Assembly: GCA_029717555.1 (NCBI GenBank)
Contig: JAMDHS010000002.1
Coordinates: 248,001 to 312,000, forward strand
From: Peribolospora baueri
Taxonomy: Eukaryota
DNA: 64,000 nt
Direction: 5' to 3'
A program made the translations under genes and the position numbers. Positions 12,875-26,394 of the stretch are shown in pieces. The notes beneath the pieces were generated by a model. It was not told the origin of the DNA and did not search any database. It saw only the letters and a program-made list of their open reading frames with translations. Within the stretch, counting starts at the first letter, position 1, and each line of letters opens with the position of its first letter.

Positions 12875-15800
12875 ATGTCCGACGACGGCACGCTCGCAAG
12901 GATGGCGCGGGGCGACGGCGACGGACTCGGACGCGCGACTGTCAGCTCAACGCAAGCGCATCGCCGGACGCATCTGCCATTGCCGCCGAGCGCAATCCCC
13001 AGCGCAAGCGGCGACGGTCCTGGTCGGGGCGACGGGGCTGCAGGACCAGGGCATCGGCATCACCGGCATCGACATCGGCGACGGCACCAGGGCGAGGACG
13101 GGGACAGGGACGAGGATGAGGATGAGGATGAGGATCGGGCGCGTCAAGATGATCTGCGCCAGCAACGCATGGCGGGCGGTGGTGGTATTGATGTCGATGT
13201 CGATGTCGGCGACGGCGACGGCGAGGTTGACGTTGACGGTCGCCATCGTCATCGTCCTCGTCATCAACCTCTCCATCTCCCTCCTCCCTCCTCTTCCCAC
13301 CGTCCCTCGTCATCGCCGTCGCTTGCATCGCCCCCCACCACCGTCGCCGCCTTGCCGACGCTATCTTCCTCCGTTCCTAGCCCACTCCCACTTCCACTCC
13401 CACTCCCGCCACCCAGGCACGCCCGCCTCGCTCCGTCCAGTCCTTCCCGCGTCGGCCACCACGTTGAACACCGACTCGGACCTCGACGTCCCCCTCCGTC
13501 TTCTTCGCCCCCTTCACCTTTTTATCCTTATTCTTACCCTTATTCTTACCCTCACCCTCACCCTCACCCTTACCACTCCCCTTCTCTTTCCCACCGTACC
13601 CCTTCCTCTTCCTCTTCCTCTTCCTCCTCTCTCACTCCCCGCCTCCCTCCCCCCCACCCGCCCAAGGCCGACTCCGCATACCATCCTCCCTCGTACGCCC
13701 AGCTCGCCACTCACCTCCCCTCGCCCCGCTCCTTCGAGCCAATCCACGCCCGCGCGAGCCCGCCTGCGCCTGCGCCTGCCCGATCCAGACGCCCACTCCC
13801 ACTCCCGGCCTCGTACCACGCCGCCCCCGCTTCGGCTTCGGCCACCACCTCGTCCTTGTCGCCGTTGCTCTCCGTCGGCCATCATCAGCCGCCAACCTTC
13901 GCTCCCCCACGTCCTCGTCTCTCAGCATACGACGCCGACACCCCTTATTCTCTCGCCACCACCACCGTCGCCCTGACCGACGCCTACGCTTCCTCACCTC
14001 GGGCCCCGCCTCTCTGGCCGCCCCGCACCCAAGTTATGCACCCTTACCCGGCACAACCGACGCCGCCGTCAACCTCCTACCGCTCTCCCGCTAGTGTCCA
14101 AGCCCAGTACGCCCACCCGTATTCGTCTTACCTACCTTCTATGCCCTTTCCCATTCCACATTCCCCCTGGAGCGCCGCCACCTCGACGCCCACCGCCAGC
14201 CCACAGCCCGCTTTTCGAGAGCCGGCCACGTACGGACGCCCACACAGATTCTCTGCGACGGAAGCGAGCGCGGGCGAAGGAGAACGTCCGCCAACCGCTC
14301 CTCCGCACAAGGGCAAGAAGCGCAACTACGACGACGCGTCGGCCAGGAAAGCCTCTGCCCCGTCGCCCTCCTCCGCTACCGGTCCAACCTCGACCGGAGC
14401 ACCCACGCATGCCCACGCCAGCAGTTTTTCCTCCTCTTCTTCCTCCACGGCCGCCGCCGACGACGCAGCTGCTGCAAACGCAGCCAAGCGCACGAAAACA
14501 GCCCGAGCGTGCGATTCGTGCCGTCGCAAGAAGATCCGCTGTGACATCCTCCCCACCGACGGTCCCGATGGCACCGGCGACCCGGACAACCCGATCTGTG
14601 TGCATTGCAAGCAGTACGGCTTCGAGTGCACGTTTTACCTGCCTATTACTGAAACGCGGTTCAAGAAGAAGAGAGAAGACGAGGCAGCGGCGGCGGCGGC
14701 GGCCCAGCAAGCTCAGCGGATGGGCGAGATGGGCGCCATGGGACCGATGGGCGTCATCGGCGGCCCACATTCGACTCAGCGCGAAGGCATGACCCCGCTG
14801 TCGGTGACGGTGCCCGCCCGAACGCCGCTCTCAGTGGACACGGCCGCCGCTCGTTCCCACGCTCAGTCGCACTCGCGCTCGGCCGTCCATCGGCCCGTCC
14901 AGGCTTCCTCCGGTCGACGAGAAAGCGGCGACTCGAGCGACGGCGCCAGGACGACAGCCAAGGACAAGGACAAGGGCAAGGCTAGGGCTGACTTTGCTCC
15001 TATCGGCTCCGACGGCCCGGACCATGCCCCCGTCGTCTCCAGTCCCGAGGCTTCCCCCCGGAGCGAGAGTCGGGTGTCGGGTGAGTCGTGAACGGATCGA
15101 GCGCGTGCCGTTCCGTTCCTGTTCTTTTTCTCACCCTAGATACGTTCCCTTCCTTTCGTGTCCCGCAGGACTCACGTCCATCGCTTACATCGTCCACTCC
15201 ATGGCCATGGTCCCTGGCGCGGCCATCGAGGCTCACGACCAGAGGCATCACCAGACCTTTGAAGTGTCCTCCACGGGCGACGGAATCATTCGCTTGTACA
15301 GTCCCCGCAAGCCTTCCTCCAAGGCTAACACGCCACAAGGTTCTGGCTCGGCGGCGGCGGCGACCGGGGGGAGGACGGAGGACGGAGAACATCCGCATCC
15401 GTCTTCGGCCGAGGCCCACTTCCGCCTGCCCAAGACCTTGGAATCGCGCCTCAAGGGGGACATTATCGAAAAGCTCGTCAACGCCTACTTTGAACACCAC
15501 GCCATCCTCTTCCCCGTCATCACAAAATCCGAATTCCTTCACACCTCTCCACCTTCTCCGCTCGTCCTCTACGCCATCTGTGGAGTCTCTGCGCTGAGCA
15601 GACACGTGCCCATGGAGGTGTTGTCGAGTGTGCGCGAGGCGATTGCGTTGATTTTTAGAGAGACGGACGTGATGAGCGTGAGCATGCTCAATACGATTCG
15701 AGGACTGCTTGTGCTCAGCTTGCATCCTGACTTGCACGGCATCACTGCCGTGCAGGGAGGCAGTCGCAGCTGGAATCGCATCGGCGTCGTAAGTCGTCCC

Positions 15801-18207
15801 TCCTCTCCATCATCTGTCTTTCCCGGCCCTAGCTCACCCATCTCCGTCTCTGTCATCTCCCCCATCTCACTTCCCATCCCCCGCCACCAGGCCGTCCGCA
15901 TGGCCCAGGACCTAGGCCTGCACAGGGACGCGACGGGTACGGAGACGGAGCAGGAGACGTACTACCTTGAGATGAAGAGGCGTATGTGGGGGTGTTGTGT
16001 TACTGCTGATCGTTGGTGAGTTGACGAGGAGATGGCTGTTGAATGGTTGGAGTGGGGTCGCTCACCTCTTCCTCTCTTGTCCTTGGCAGGACGAGCATTT
16101 CCATAGGTCACCCTCTGGCCATCGATCTCACTGATTGTGATGGTGAGCCTCTTCGTTTCATCTCGCCAGCCGGACACTTCTGCTCATGTGCCCCGCCTCG
16201 CTCGTCCAGTCCGATTACCCGCCCCGTACGAGATCCTCCGCTACTCCACCGACGTCCCCTCCGACCCATCCGGGAATGACCGGCCATTCGCGTTCAACAC
16301 AGAAATGCTCAAGCTCAGCATCCTCTTTGGCCGAGTGATGAAGACGATCTACTCCCCCGCGGGTCTCATGAAGGCTACCGATAAGGAGATCAATGGCCTT
16401 TTGGACGATATTGATCGGTGGAAAGAGTTTTTGCCGTCGGAGTTGCAGTTTAAAGGCCCCGATAGCGATGCGCAAAGCGGCATCCTCCACGTCGGCTTCA
16501 CGTGTCTGCAGATGCTCTTGTTCCGCGTCTTTATGCGCATCTCCTACATTTGCCCGGCGCATCTCAACTTCTCCCTCACCATCGAACGCATGACCTATCT
16601 CATTGTCCTCTCCCGTCAAGCCATCGACTGGGTGGACAACAAGGGGGAGTACTACCTCGACACCCTCCTCATCCTCTCCTACTCCCTCGTCTTCTGCGCC
16701 ACCATTCAGTATCACTGTTGGGTCCGACGTCAAGACGCCGAGGCGCTCGCCTACCTCGGCAAAGCCCGCGACCTCGCTCAACGCGCCAACGCCGAGCCCA
16801 AGAAGGAGGAGCTCACGCTCAAGGCCAAGATCACCGAGGTGATCACGCTCCTTCACGAGGCCGCTCATGGAGTCTATGGCCGCGCCTCGGAGGGACAGGT
16901 GCTGAATCCGACCCACGGCGTCGTCGGTCGGTCCATCCAAACCAGAGGCCTTCACTTTGTCCAAGACGCCAGCAAGCCCGGAGGCGGCTACTTTGTCGCG
17001 GCAGACAAGAACCTCATCCTTAAGGACCTGCCGAAGGGCACCATCGTCCTCCGCGCCATGGAAGCCGCCAAGCTCCGCGCTCGGTCCGATACGCCGTTTG
17101 GCGCGGGCGATAGTCATATGCTGGGCGTCATGGACGAGAACGGACGGTTCCCTCGTGGCGGCGGCGACGCCACCACGCTTGGGGCGACCAACGGTGACGG
17201 CGGCGGTGGCGGTGGTGGCGTCGGTGGGGAGCGGCAGCAGCGACCTCCGAGCCAATCCGGGTCCAAGCTCGTCACCATGGTTCCGCTGGCCACCGGCTTC
17301 CTCGACCCGTCTGTCGGTTTCGTCGGTGGAAATGCGTTTGCGGATGCCGCTGGCGCGACTACCTTGGGCGCCCTCAACGGCGGTGGCGGAGGCGGTGGCG
17401 GAGGCGGTGGCGGAGAAGGTCCACCGGCGTCTTTCGGTCGTGGCGGCAACACGCCCCTTTTCGCCGCTCAGCAGAACGCCAACTTTTTCCTGCCTTCTGC
17501 CATCGCTGCTGCAGCAGCCACGGGGGCGGCGGGGACAACGGCGTCGGAGCCCAACGGCGCCGGCGCCGGCGCCGGTGGTCCGTCGTCTTCGATGCTCAAC
17601 GTCAACCCGAACCTGAACGACTGCCCGTTCTCCCTCTCGCTCTCCTTCGCCGGCGTCAACGCCAACGACGATGGCAGCAAGAGCGACGACGCCGGTGGTG
17701 GTGGTGGTGGCGCCGCGGAGGCGGGGGCGGGAGGGGGAGGCGGATCAGACTACGTGTTGGACGCGCCGGCAAGCATACAGCGGAACCTGTTCGACGGGAG
17801 CGTGGGCGCTGACCCGCTCTTGTTGGACGGCCTCCCTGGAGGTCCGTTTGAATGGGGTGAGTTTGTCTTTTTTATTTTCCTTTCCTTTCCTTTCCTTGCC
17901 TTGCCTTGGCCCCTTCTCTTCCTTCCGCCTCGCTCGCTCGCTCGTCAGTCGTCTCGGCGCTGGTTCGGCTGACTGACATTTACACTTTCCTTCCTTTTCG
18001 TCATCCTCCTTTCGCGCATCTCTGTCAGATCAATGGGACACCTTCTTCAGCTCCGTCGGCGGCATCCTCTCCAATGGGGCCCTCGACATCAGTGGTGGAG
18101 GCGCTGGTGCCGACTCGTCCTCCGCAGGTAGAGCTAGCGCAGGAGTCGGTGCCGCGTCCGGTGCGGCGACTAATGCCGAGGGCAGTGGCATCCTAGGAGA
18201 GGCTTGA
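12875..18207 (+). CDS. Zn(II)2Cys6 fungal transcription factor with fungal-specific TF (middle homology) domain, multi-exon; start codon uncertain
   Basis: RTKTARACDSCRRKKIRCD..CVHCKQYGFECTF; LVNAYFEHHAILFPVI; AVRMAQDLGLHRD; RRMWGCCVTADRW; last exon WDQWDTFF..EA*. Confidence 0.92.
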
Positions 18208-19763
18208 AAGGCCGGCCAGATGACGTCGATCCGGTTTTTGAAGGGCGTGCAGAAGTTTTCTTGTAACGTTTGGCGGAGGCTTTGGCAGTTCCATGGACGC
18301 TCGGTTTTTATACGGCGCAGCGACAGGCCGACCGCTCGCATTTTTTATATTTCCTCCTTTGTTCGTTGCTCCTCCTTCGTCTCCCTTCCTTCGCTAGCCA
18401 TGATTACCACTACCTTCTTCTCGTCGGGCCCCCGCATTTCTTTTCCTTCCTCAACCGGCCCATCCAATTCCCTTTCGTTTACCCTACCCTCGGCCCGATC
18501 CTTCGACAGCAAATCGTCTTTTTTGTTTTTGTTGCTCTACCCAGTCCGCTCGTCCCCTTTTCCCAAGGAAGGGGTCAATTTGCCTTTCTTCCCTTTCCTT
18601 CTCCTTCCCTTCCGCTTCTGCTTCCCCCTGTGTATTCATCACCATTTCGCAAAAGCTCATCGCAGCTCGGCATTCCATCCAAGTCGTAATCATGCTAAGC
18701 GACGCGCTTCCCGGTTTGGTTCCACGTATGATCACACGATCGTCTCTTTTTTTTCCCATGAGAGGGGGGAAGCCGGCGCAACGCCGGGTTGCGCTGGCAA
18801 GCCTTCATCCGATGACGACGACGACGACGACGTGACCGGGAAACGGGGAAGAAGAATAAGGCCCTGTTCGGGCGGGCGGCGGTGAGCGCCCGTCCTCTCC
18901 TCTTCCCTCGTTCGTCCGGGCCATGTTGTCGATTCAACTTCTGCCGAGACGAGACGAAACCGCACGCCGAGCCAAGCCAAGAAGAAGAAGAAGAAGGAGG
19001 AGCCACGAGCCGACCGGTCAGAGTCGGTCGAGTCGGGATGGTGGAAGGGAGTGGGAGAGAGTGAGTGAGTGGACGGAAGCCGTGGACGGCATGTTTTCCG
19101 CTTTCCTGCCGTTTTCCCGACGAGGACGAGGACTCGGCGGCCCCGTCCGTCCGTCAATCTGTGTAGAGAGACGCACGCGTGCTTGCTCGCTCGCTGAGCC
19201 GCGCGGGCCAGCCACAGCTCGACCTTCTGGCAATGCCGCACCAAGACGAGATGAGCTGGGCGGGGAGGACGACCAACGCGGATAGGATGGATGGTCGATG
19301 GGCTTGCTGTGCGACGTCAATTGACCACCGCCCAGCTTCAGCAGAATGAGTCGCTTCTTGTGCCGTGTGGGAGGTTTGCCCGGCGGGTTTGGGCGTCGAC
19401 ACTGTACAGGCAGTCATCCATTCGCATGCAAGTCGCTTTCTGGCTACCAGCTGAGAACAACACATCGAGCCCTGTGTAGAAAGCTGCGGTCGATTCTTTG
19501 CCTCCGCGGCGCTGGGATGGACCGGACCGGCTGCCTCTCCCGCCGGTCGGGAAAACGTTACCACACAACGCAGAGAATAGAATGAATCCATCTTCTAAAT
19601 TGGGAAATTGCAACGACATGGATAGGAGGTGGGGACGGGCTGAAGGAGGGGGCGAGTGAATATGCTTTGCAATGAGGGGGAAGAGCGAAGAGGGAAGGGG
19701 GCGAGGACGAAACGGAGAGGTTCTATGTGCGACCGCAGGTGGACTGCGCAGGCAATGATGGCA

Positions 19764-21069
19764 TCACTTGCCGAGACGCTTGCGCATGGCGCGTTGAGCC
19801 TTACGGTGAAAGAAACGAGTGCAAAGGCAGGACATCGGTCAGCGGACGAATCCAATACGCATTCAGACGTCCGCCGGCGCGTCCGGCGAGATGACCTTGC
19901 TCCGCTCACCTTTCTCCGCTTCTTGTACCTAAGGAACCCAGGCGACACGTTAAATGTGTGAATGTCAATGAACGGAGGGCACGCAAAGGTGAAGCAGCGA
20001 CTCACTTGTGCTTGGTGATCTTCTTTCTCCGCTTCCTCCTTACGCTATCCATGAGCACCTCGTAGATCGGATTGCCCTCCTCGTCGACTCCAATCTGTCG
20101 TCTCTTCGGCACGTCAGGCACCGTCCTGAGCGCCGCCTTGAGGTCCTCCAGACTCCAGGGATCCTCCGTCGGGCTTGGAGTCTGAGCAGCGGCGGCGTCC
20201 ATCATCGCCTCCACTTGATCCCACTTGAACGCGGAGGGCAGTTGCGTCTGAAGGAGGGCATGAGAGAGGAGTAGGGGTGTGTGCCTGCTGTCTGCGACGG
20301 GCGCCTTGGATGAGGTGGACGAGTGGCCAAACGAAGGAGGCTCATATGCGCGACCATGCTCGGCGAGCCAAAGCGCCACTTCCTTTGGCCACCGCGGGTC
20401 CGGCCCTTTTGGCTCGCCAACGATGGTCAGTTCAGACTCATCCACGAGGTTCTCGAGGTCCTTCGTCTCCAACTCGGCGCGCAGACCTGCCACCCTATCG
20501 CTCGGCGTCGTGGCCTGTGGCGGTGCGTCGCCACTGGCACTGGTGGAGGAGCCTTCGAAGTCGGCCACTCCGCCTCGGTGAGAGAGCGCGTCGACGATAC
20601 GGGTAAAGCGTTCCTCGTCCGTCCGCCCTGTCCGCCTCATCCTCCACCTGGAAGAGTAACGGTCGGCGCCGCCGAAGACCGAGGAGACCTGCTCATGCTC
20701 CAGCAGTGGACGATAGTGAGCAAAGAAGGCATCATAGGATACCGACTGAGCTCGCGCGTTAGAGGGCGGAGGCGAGGCAATGACGGAGGGGAGGGCATCG
20801 CCCTCGATGGGACCCGCGCGGAAAGAAGCAGAAGCAGGAGAGCCTCTCGACTTCTTCACGGAGCCGCCGCCACCAGAGCCACTGCTCGCTCTGGAGGAGG
20901 AGGAGGAGCGCGCGCCAGATCGAGACGGAGGATTGTCCCTTCCGCCCTTGTTGTTGTTCGCGCTCGCTGCGACGGATCTGGCACGGAGGCCTGGGCAGGA
21001 GATGGTGCGATACCCGCGGCGAGCGGTGCGGACGAGGGAGGCGAGCGACGACCCCTTCGCCACCAGCAT
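19764..21069 (-). CDS. Mitochondrial small ribosomal subunit protein mS38/Cox24-like (DUF1713 C-terminus), 3 exons
   Basis: Arg/Ser-rich mitochondrial-type presequence MLVAKGSSLASLVRTARRGY; FFAHYRPLL; spliced C-terminus MDSVRRKRRKKITKHK|YKKRRK|AQRAMRKRLGK*. Middle exon is 19 nt (19910-19928). Confidence 0.85.
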
Positions 21070-21727
21070 CGTACGCGGAGGAGGGGCGCGGAAGGGCTGG
21101 AGAGGATGGGGGTAGCGAGGAAGACGAGGGAAGGGGTCAGCGGTCGCTGGAGACCAAATAACGGAAGGAGGGTGACGAGGAGAAGGAAAGAGGATGATGA
21201 GCTCCGAGGAGATCGGCGCTGGGAGGCGGGCGAAGGCGGCGTTGCGCGGAGACGAGGTGGGAGGATGGCAGTTAAAGACGGAGTGTAATGGCCATTTCAA
21301 ACCTCCCAACCGCGACGCAATTCAAATGTCCGCCCGTATTTGGCCCTGCCTCGCTCCGAGAACGCCCTCGTCGATGGGGATGGCGGTCGACCTGGATCGT
21401 GACGACGACCCGCTCCCTCCGCTTCTCGCCACGACGATCAACATCTCGCACCTCATCTGCAACGCCCTTGCTCTCCCACTTCCCCTCGCTAGCCCACGTA
21501 CGCTTTGACGTGCTCACCCGGTGCGCGCTCGAGCTCTCGCGCCGACAACCACCCGGCGCGCCGCTGTACTGGGATCGTCCGTCGGCAGGCGTCTCGCCGT
21601 CCGTTCGTCTTGCTCGGTCGACTGGTCGATCTCCCAGACGCCTCTTCGGTTCGCTCCGGACACACTCCGTCATCCTCCATACCGCCCCATCCACCTCCCG
21701 CTCTGATCAGCGCCCTCCACACGGAGC

Positions 21728-24286
21728 ATGTCAGCAGCGGCCACCGCCGCGCCCCTTAGGAAACGGCGCGCCATGCCCAATGGCCGCGGAGTTGCGTACG
21801 AGCTTCGCAGCTCACGGCCTCTGCAATGTGTCAACGAATACGTCGACGGTCGTGTCCGGGAGGTGTTTGTTCTCGATGACGAGTGAGTGCCCTTTTCCTC
21901 GCGCTTCGGTCTGCGATGTCGCCTGGCGCATGGCGGGCAGCTGGAAAGCGTCGCCACGGGCCATATCCAGACCCGCTCACGTACGCGGCTGCGACTACTC
22001 GTACAGCTCGCCTCCTCCCACCACCAGCATCCACGACCACCCCCTTCATTCATCTCGGTCCGCCGGGTCCAACCCGTACGACGGCGGATCGCATGACGGG
22101 CACTACACGTACGCGGTCCATCGAAACGGCTCGGAGCGGCCCGGCGCCAACGGCAACGGCCACGGTGGCAGCTCCTCAAAGAGGAAACACAAGGCCGTCG
22201 AGAGTCCCCCGGCCGTCGATGACAGCGGTGACACTTCTTATGCGTACGCGCCCGGCGTGCGATACTTCGATCAGCACGGTCAGGTCGTACACGCCGCGCC
22301 TCCGGCGGCTCCGACCGGCAGCACCTCGACGGCGAAGCGACGACGGCGTGACGAAGGCGATGCCTGCGCCGCTCAGCGGCCGGTTCCTGGCCCGGCCGAG
22401 TACGCTCACCAGCACCAGAGCGCATATCTCCCGCCAGCAGCCACGTACGGGTCAACAACGTATTACCCGAATGGTACCAACGCCTACGCTGCCCCCGGGG
22501 CGTATCAGCCGCCGCATCTCTTGTACAAGCAATCCAGCGGGTCGTACTTTCAGCCTGACCAGAGTGTGGGTTGTGCTGAATGACGGGGCCTGACTTTTGA
22601 CTGATCTGAGGACGCAATTTGGTGCTGACCGTCGCTCACCATCCCTTTATCGGCTTTCGTGTTCGTCTGGCGGAATGCAGCAATCGATCTCGCCTTCGCT
22701 CTCGAGCAGACCTCCGCCCCCGCCTTTGACCACTTGCGACGACAAGGAGGGACACTACATCTGTCGGGAACATGACGTCATTGGCGTCGAGGGTCGCTGT
22801 GAGTTACGCTGTTGTCCAGCCTGATGTCTAGCCAAGGTCAGATTGCTCATCCCTTTCTATTCTGTCCGCCAGACCGGATCGTCCGACTCCTCGGGCAGGG
22901 AACGTTCGGTAAGGTAGTCCAGTGCTACGACAAGGCGACGAGGCGATATGTGGCGGTCAAGATCATTCGAGCGATCCAAAAATACCGCGACGCGAGCAAG
23001 GTCGAGATCCGTGTGCTCAAGCTGCTCAAGGAACACGACCCGGGGAATGCCAAGTGAGTTCTCCGTCTGATGTCGGAGCTCCTTTTTCCGCGATCTTTGA
23101 CCTCGAATTCCGCCTTCTGCACGCAGCAAATGCATCCACCTGCTCGAGTGCTTTAACTTTCGCAACCACGTCTGCATCGTCTCCGAGCTCCTCGGCCAGT
23201 CAGTCTTTGACTTTTTGAAGGAGAACGACTTTGTCCCTTTTCCGCCGGCTCAAATTTGGCAATTTGCCAAGCAACTATTGACTAGCGTGGCATGTGAGTG
23301 TGACTTGGAGCGCAGGAGCTGTCGAGCTCTTTTTTTTTTCAAGCGCTGATGAACGCAACCTATCCGGCTTTGCAGTCATTCACGATCTGCGACTGATTCA
23401 CACGGATCTCAAGCCGGAGAACATTCTCCTGGTCAACTCGAAGCACAAAGTTGTACCAGTGGGGAGGGTGAGCCGTTTTCGCGTATTTGCCTTGCCGCGA
23501 GCGGCTGCTCTGACCGCCGCGCGTTCTTGTCCGATTTTCAGCGCACGAACGCAAAGATGCGCAAGGTACTCGAAAACACGGACATTCGGCTCATCGATTT
23601 TGGCAGCGCGACGTTTCAGGACGAGTACCATTCGGCGGTGGTGTCGACGCGGCACTACCGGGCGCCGGAGATCATTCTGGGTGAGTGTTGGCTGGATCGA
23701 TGTGGGTGTCTCGGCGGTGCTGACGAAGGATGGCTTGGACTGCGGCGGGACCGCTCAGGCATGGGTTGGTCGTATCCGTGCGACGTCTGGTCGATCGGCT
23801 GCATCCTCGTCGAGTTCTACACGGGCGAGGCGTTGTTCCAAACACACGACAACCTGGAGCACCTGGCGATGATGGAAGCGTGTCTGGGGCAGATGCCGGC
23901 GACGTTTGCCAAGAATGCGGCTCGGTACAGGCCGGAGTATTTCCGGGGTACGAAGCTTGACTATCCGAACTCGACGACGCAGAGAGGAAGTAGGAAGTGG
24001 GTGAAGGCGATGCAGAAGCTGCAGGTGAGTTTGGGAAGAGGGCCGGTCCGTCTCCATTCCTGGCGTGCATGTCGGGACATAGACTCACTCCGTCTACGGT
24101 GACGTCTGCTTGGCCGCTCGACAGGACGTCATCCCGCCGTCGGCCACGTCGCCGCACAACCAGCGTTTCCTTTCCCTCGTTCGCCGACTGCTCGACTTTG
24201 ACCCCAACACCCGGATTACCGTCCGCGATGCGCTGGCCCACCCGTACTTTGAACTGAGACCGGAGGAGATCCCGGAGTCTCGCTGA
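21728..24286 (+). CDS. LKH1: LAMMER/CLK family dual-specificity protein kinase (Lkh1/Kns1-like), multi-exon
   Basis: [51 protein letters not shown], signature [19 protein letters not shown]-terminal [13 protein letters not shown]; stop TGA at 24284-24286. Confidence 0.95.
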
Positions 24287-24571
24287 CCGATCGCTTCGGG
24301 TGGATTGTCGGGCGGTCAAGGCTTGTTGGGACGGGGCTTTGCATCGTCGCCTCGCGCCATTCCCTTCATCCATCCACTCCGGCTCGCCTCGCCGTTCTTC
24401 CCCTTTTTCTGCTGCTTCATTTTACCCCGCGCGATTGGCCTACCATTATTCCCCCCTTTTTTTTTTCGTTCCCCCCCTTCATTGGCCCATTGATCGTTGT
24501 GTTGTGTTTTGTTTGCCAACCCCTCCTGTCGTTGTGTCGGTCACCTTGGTTCCCCCCGCGCCCGTTTTTTT

Positions 24572-24655
24572 CTGTCTGTCCTGTCCTGTCATCTGCTGAC
24601 CCGTCCTGTGTCCTGTCCTGTTGTCCTGTCCTGTCCTGTCCTTGTCCTGTGTCCT
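24572..24655. repeat. (CTGTC)n imperfect microsatellite downstream of the kinase
   Basis: Visible tandem CTGTC units. Confidence 0.85.
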
Positions 24656-26394
24656 TTCCACTAGCTTTGGCCGAAGCGATGACGAAGCCGGTAGCCAATT
24701 CTTTCTTTCTTTTCATCCCAACCCTCTGCCCCTCCCCCCACTGGCCCTCGTTTCGTCTCGTCGGGCGCCGCTCCGCGCGCGCCGGCGCGCTCGCTACCCA
24801 CCTTCTTTTTCTTTCTTCTTTCGCATTCCCCCTTTTCTTTCTTTCCTCTTTTTCTTTCTTTCTCCTCTCTACCCCCCTCTTGTAGTTGTAGCTCGTCTTG
24901 CCTAGGCCGCGCTGGGTTAAATGTGTTGAATGCCCTGCCCGTTCGTTCGTGCTCGGCTCGAACCGTTCATTCAGTATCCGTAGCTGGCATAAGCGTGGCG
25001 TGTTGCGCGTTTGGTGAACGCCCGTGGAGCTGCGGCCGATCTTATCCCACCCATCAACCCATCCGTCCATACATACATACTTACTGTACTAGCATACTAG
25101 CATACTGTACTAGCATAACCGCCTTTCTTTTTCGTCCTCCTCGTCGTCGTCGTCCAGACGCTCGCTGTCAGGCAGGGCAGGACGAGAGCGGATGAAAAGG
25201 GCAGTGGGTTGGTGGGTGGATTGGATGGGAGGAGAGCAAGGCGCGATGCCGACTTGCCGGGGGAGAGGGCGAGGGCGAGGACGGAGGACAGGACGGCCGT
25301 CGACGAGGGCCGAAAGGAGACGGGGAGAAAAGGGCGAGCGATGGAACGAACCAAGGAACCCACGCTTGTCTGTCTGCTGTGTGTCCGGCGGGCTTGCTTG
25401 GGCTTTGGCTTGTTTGTACTCATGTTAGACGGGGGTTTTTTTGGACCCATCCATCATCGGTCGGCCGCCCTGTTTTGTTTAGTCCTTTCCTCTTGGCGCT
25501 ACTTTTTTTTGTCCTTTTTTTTTTTTTTTGCGGCAGCGGGTCGAGTCGAGTCGAGTCGAGCGGGGCCGAGGTTGCTTGCGTTTGTCTCACCTTGGCTGCC
25601 TTGCTCGCTCGCTCGCTCTGTCTGGTCCGGTCGTGTGCGTCGGCCTTTGTGATCGCTTTCGCCGTCTTTCTCCCACGCTTGCGTCAAAGTCGGCGTCTCT
25701 TCTTCTCTTTCTCTTCTCTTCTCTCGCGTCGCCTCGCGTCGCCCGAGTGACGGCATAAGGACATGAACATGGACTGCTAGCTAGTTGCGCACTCGCGGCG
25801 GCGGTCGATGGGCGACGACGGATGAAGGAGAGCGGCCTTCTCAACTGCCCCCCACCATCCATCCCTCCGATCGAGCCGAGCCGAGCCGTCCATTTATTGT
25901 TCAATGGCCCAGCCAGCGCAAGCGGAAGGGAAGCAAGCAAGCAAGCCTAGCTGCTGCTCGCGGGGACGGAAACGGGGGGACGGACACGGGCAGCCCTGAC
26001 GTGCGCTCTGAGCCATCTTTCTTTCTCCGCCGCACTCGTCTGTCTTCTGTTCGCTTCTGTTCTGTGCGACCGTCTCTTGGCGTTCATGCGCATCGCATCG
26101 CATCCTTCCCAGACTCGCGGCCAACCCTTGGTGCCTTCGAAGGCCCCCTTCCTACGCCCTCTACCCCCCTCCTTCTCCTTCCCATCCTCCCCATTCCCAT
26201 CTCCCTCCCTTCCTTCCGCCCTCGCATGCCCACGATGGGAAACAGCCCCCCGCTGCCCCGCCCACCATCCTCTCCCCTTCGCCTCTGACCGTCGCCCCGA
26301 CGGCTTCCAGCTCCGGACGTGTTATCCACCTCGCCTTCCAGCTCGAAAGCTAGACACATAGACCGATACACAGACAGACAGACGGACAGAAAAA

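Noticed and set aside
18207..19760. Possible ncRNA or gene in the TF/mS38 convergent spacer
   Set aside because: No tRNA, snRNA or snoRNA hallmarks recognised; pyrimidine-rich and consistent with 3' UTRs.
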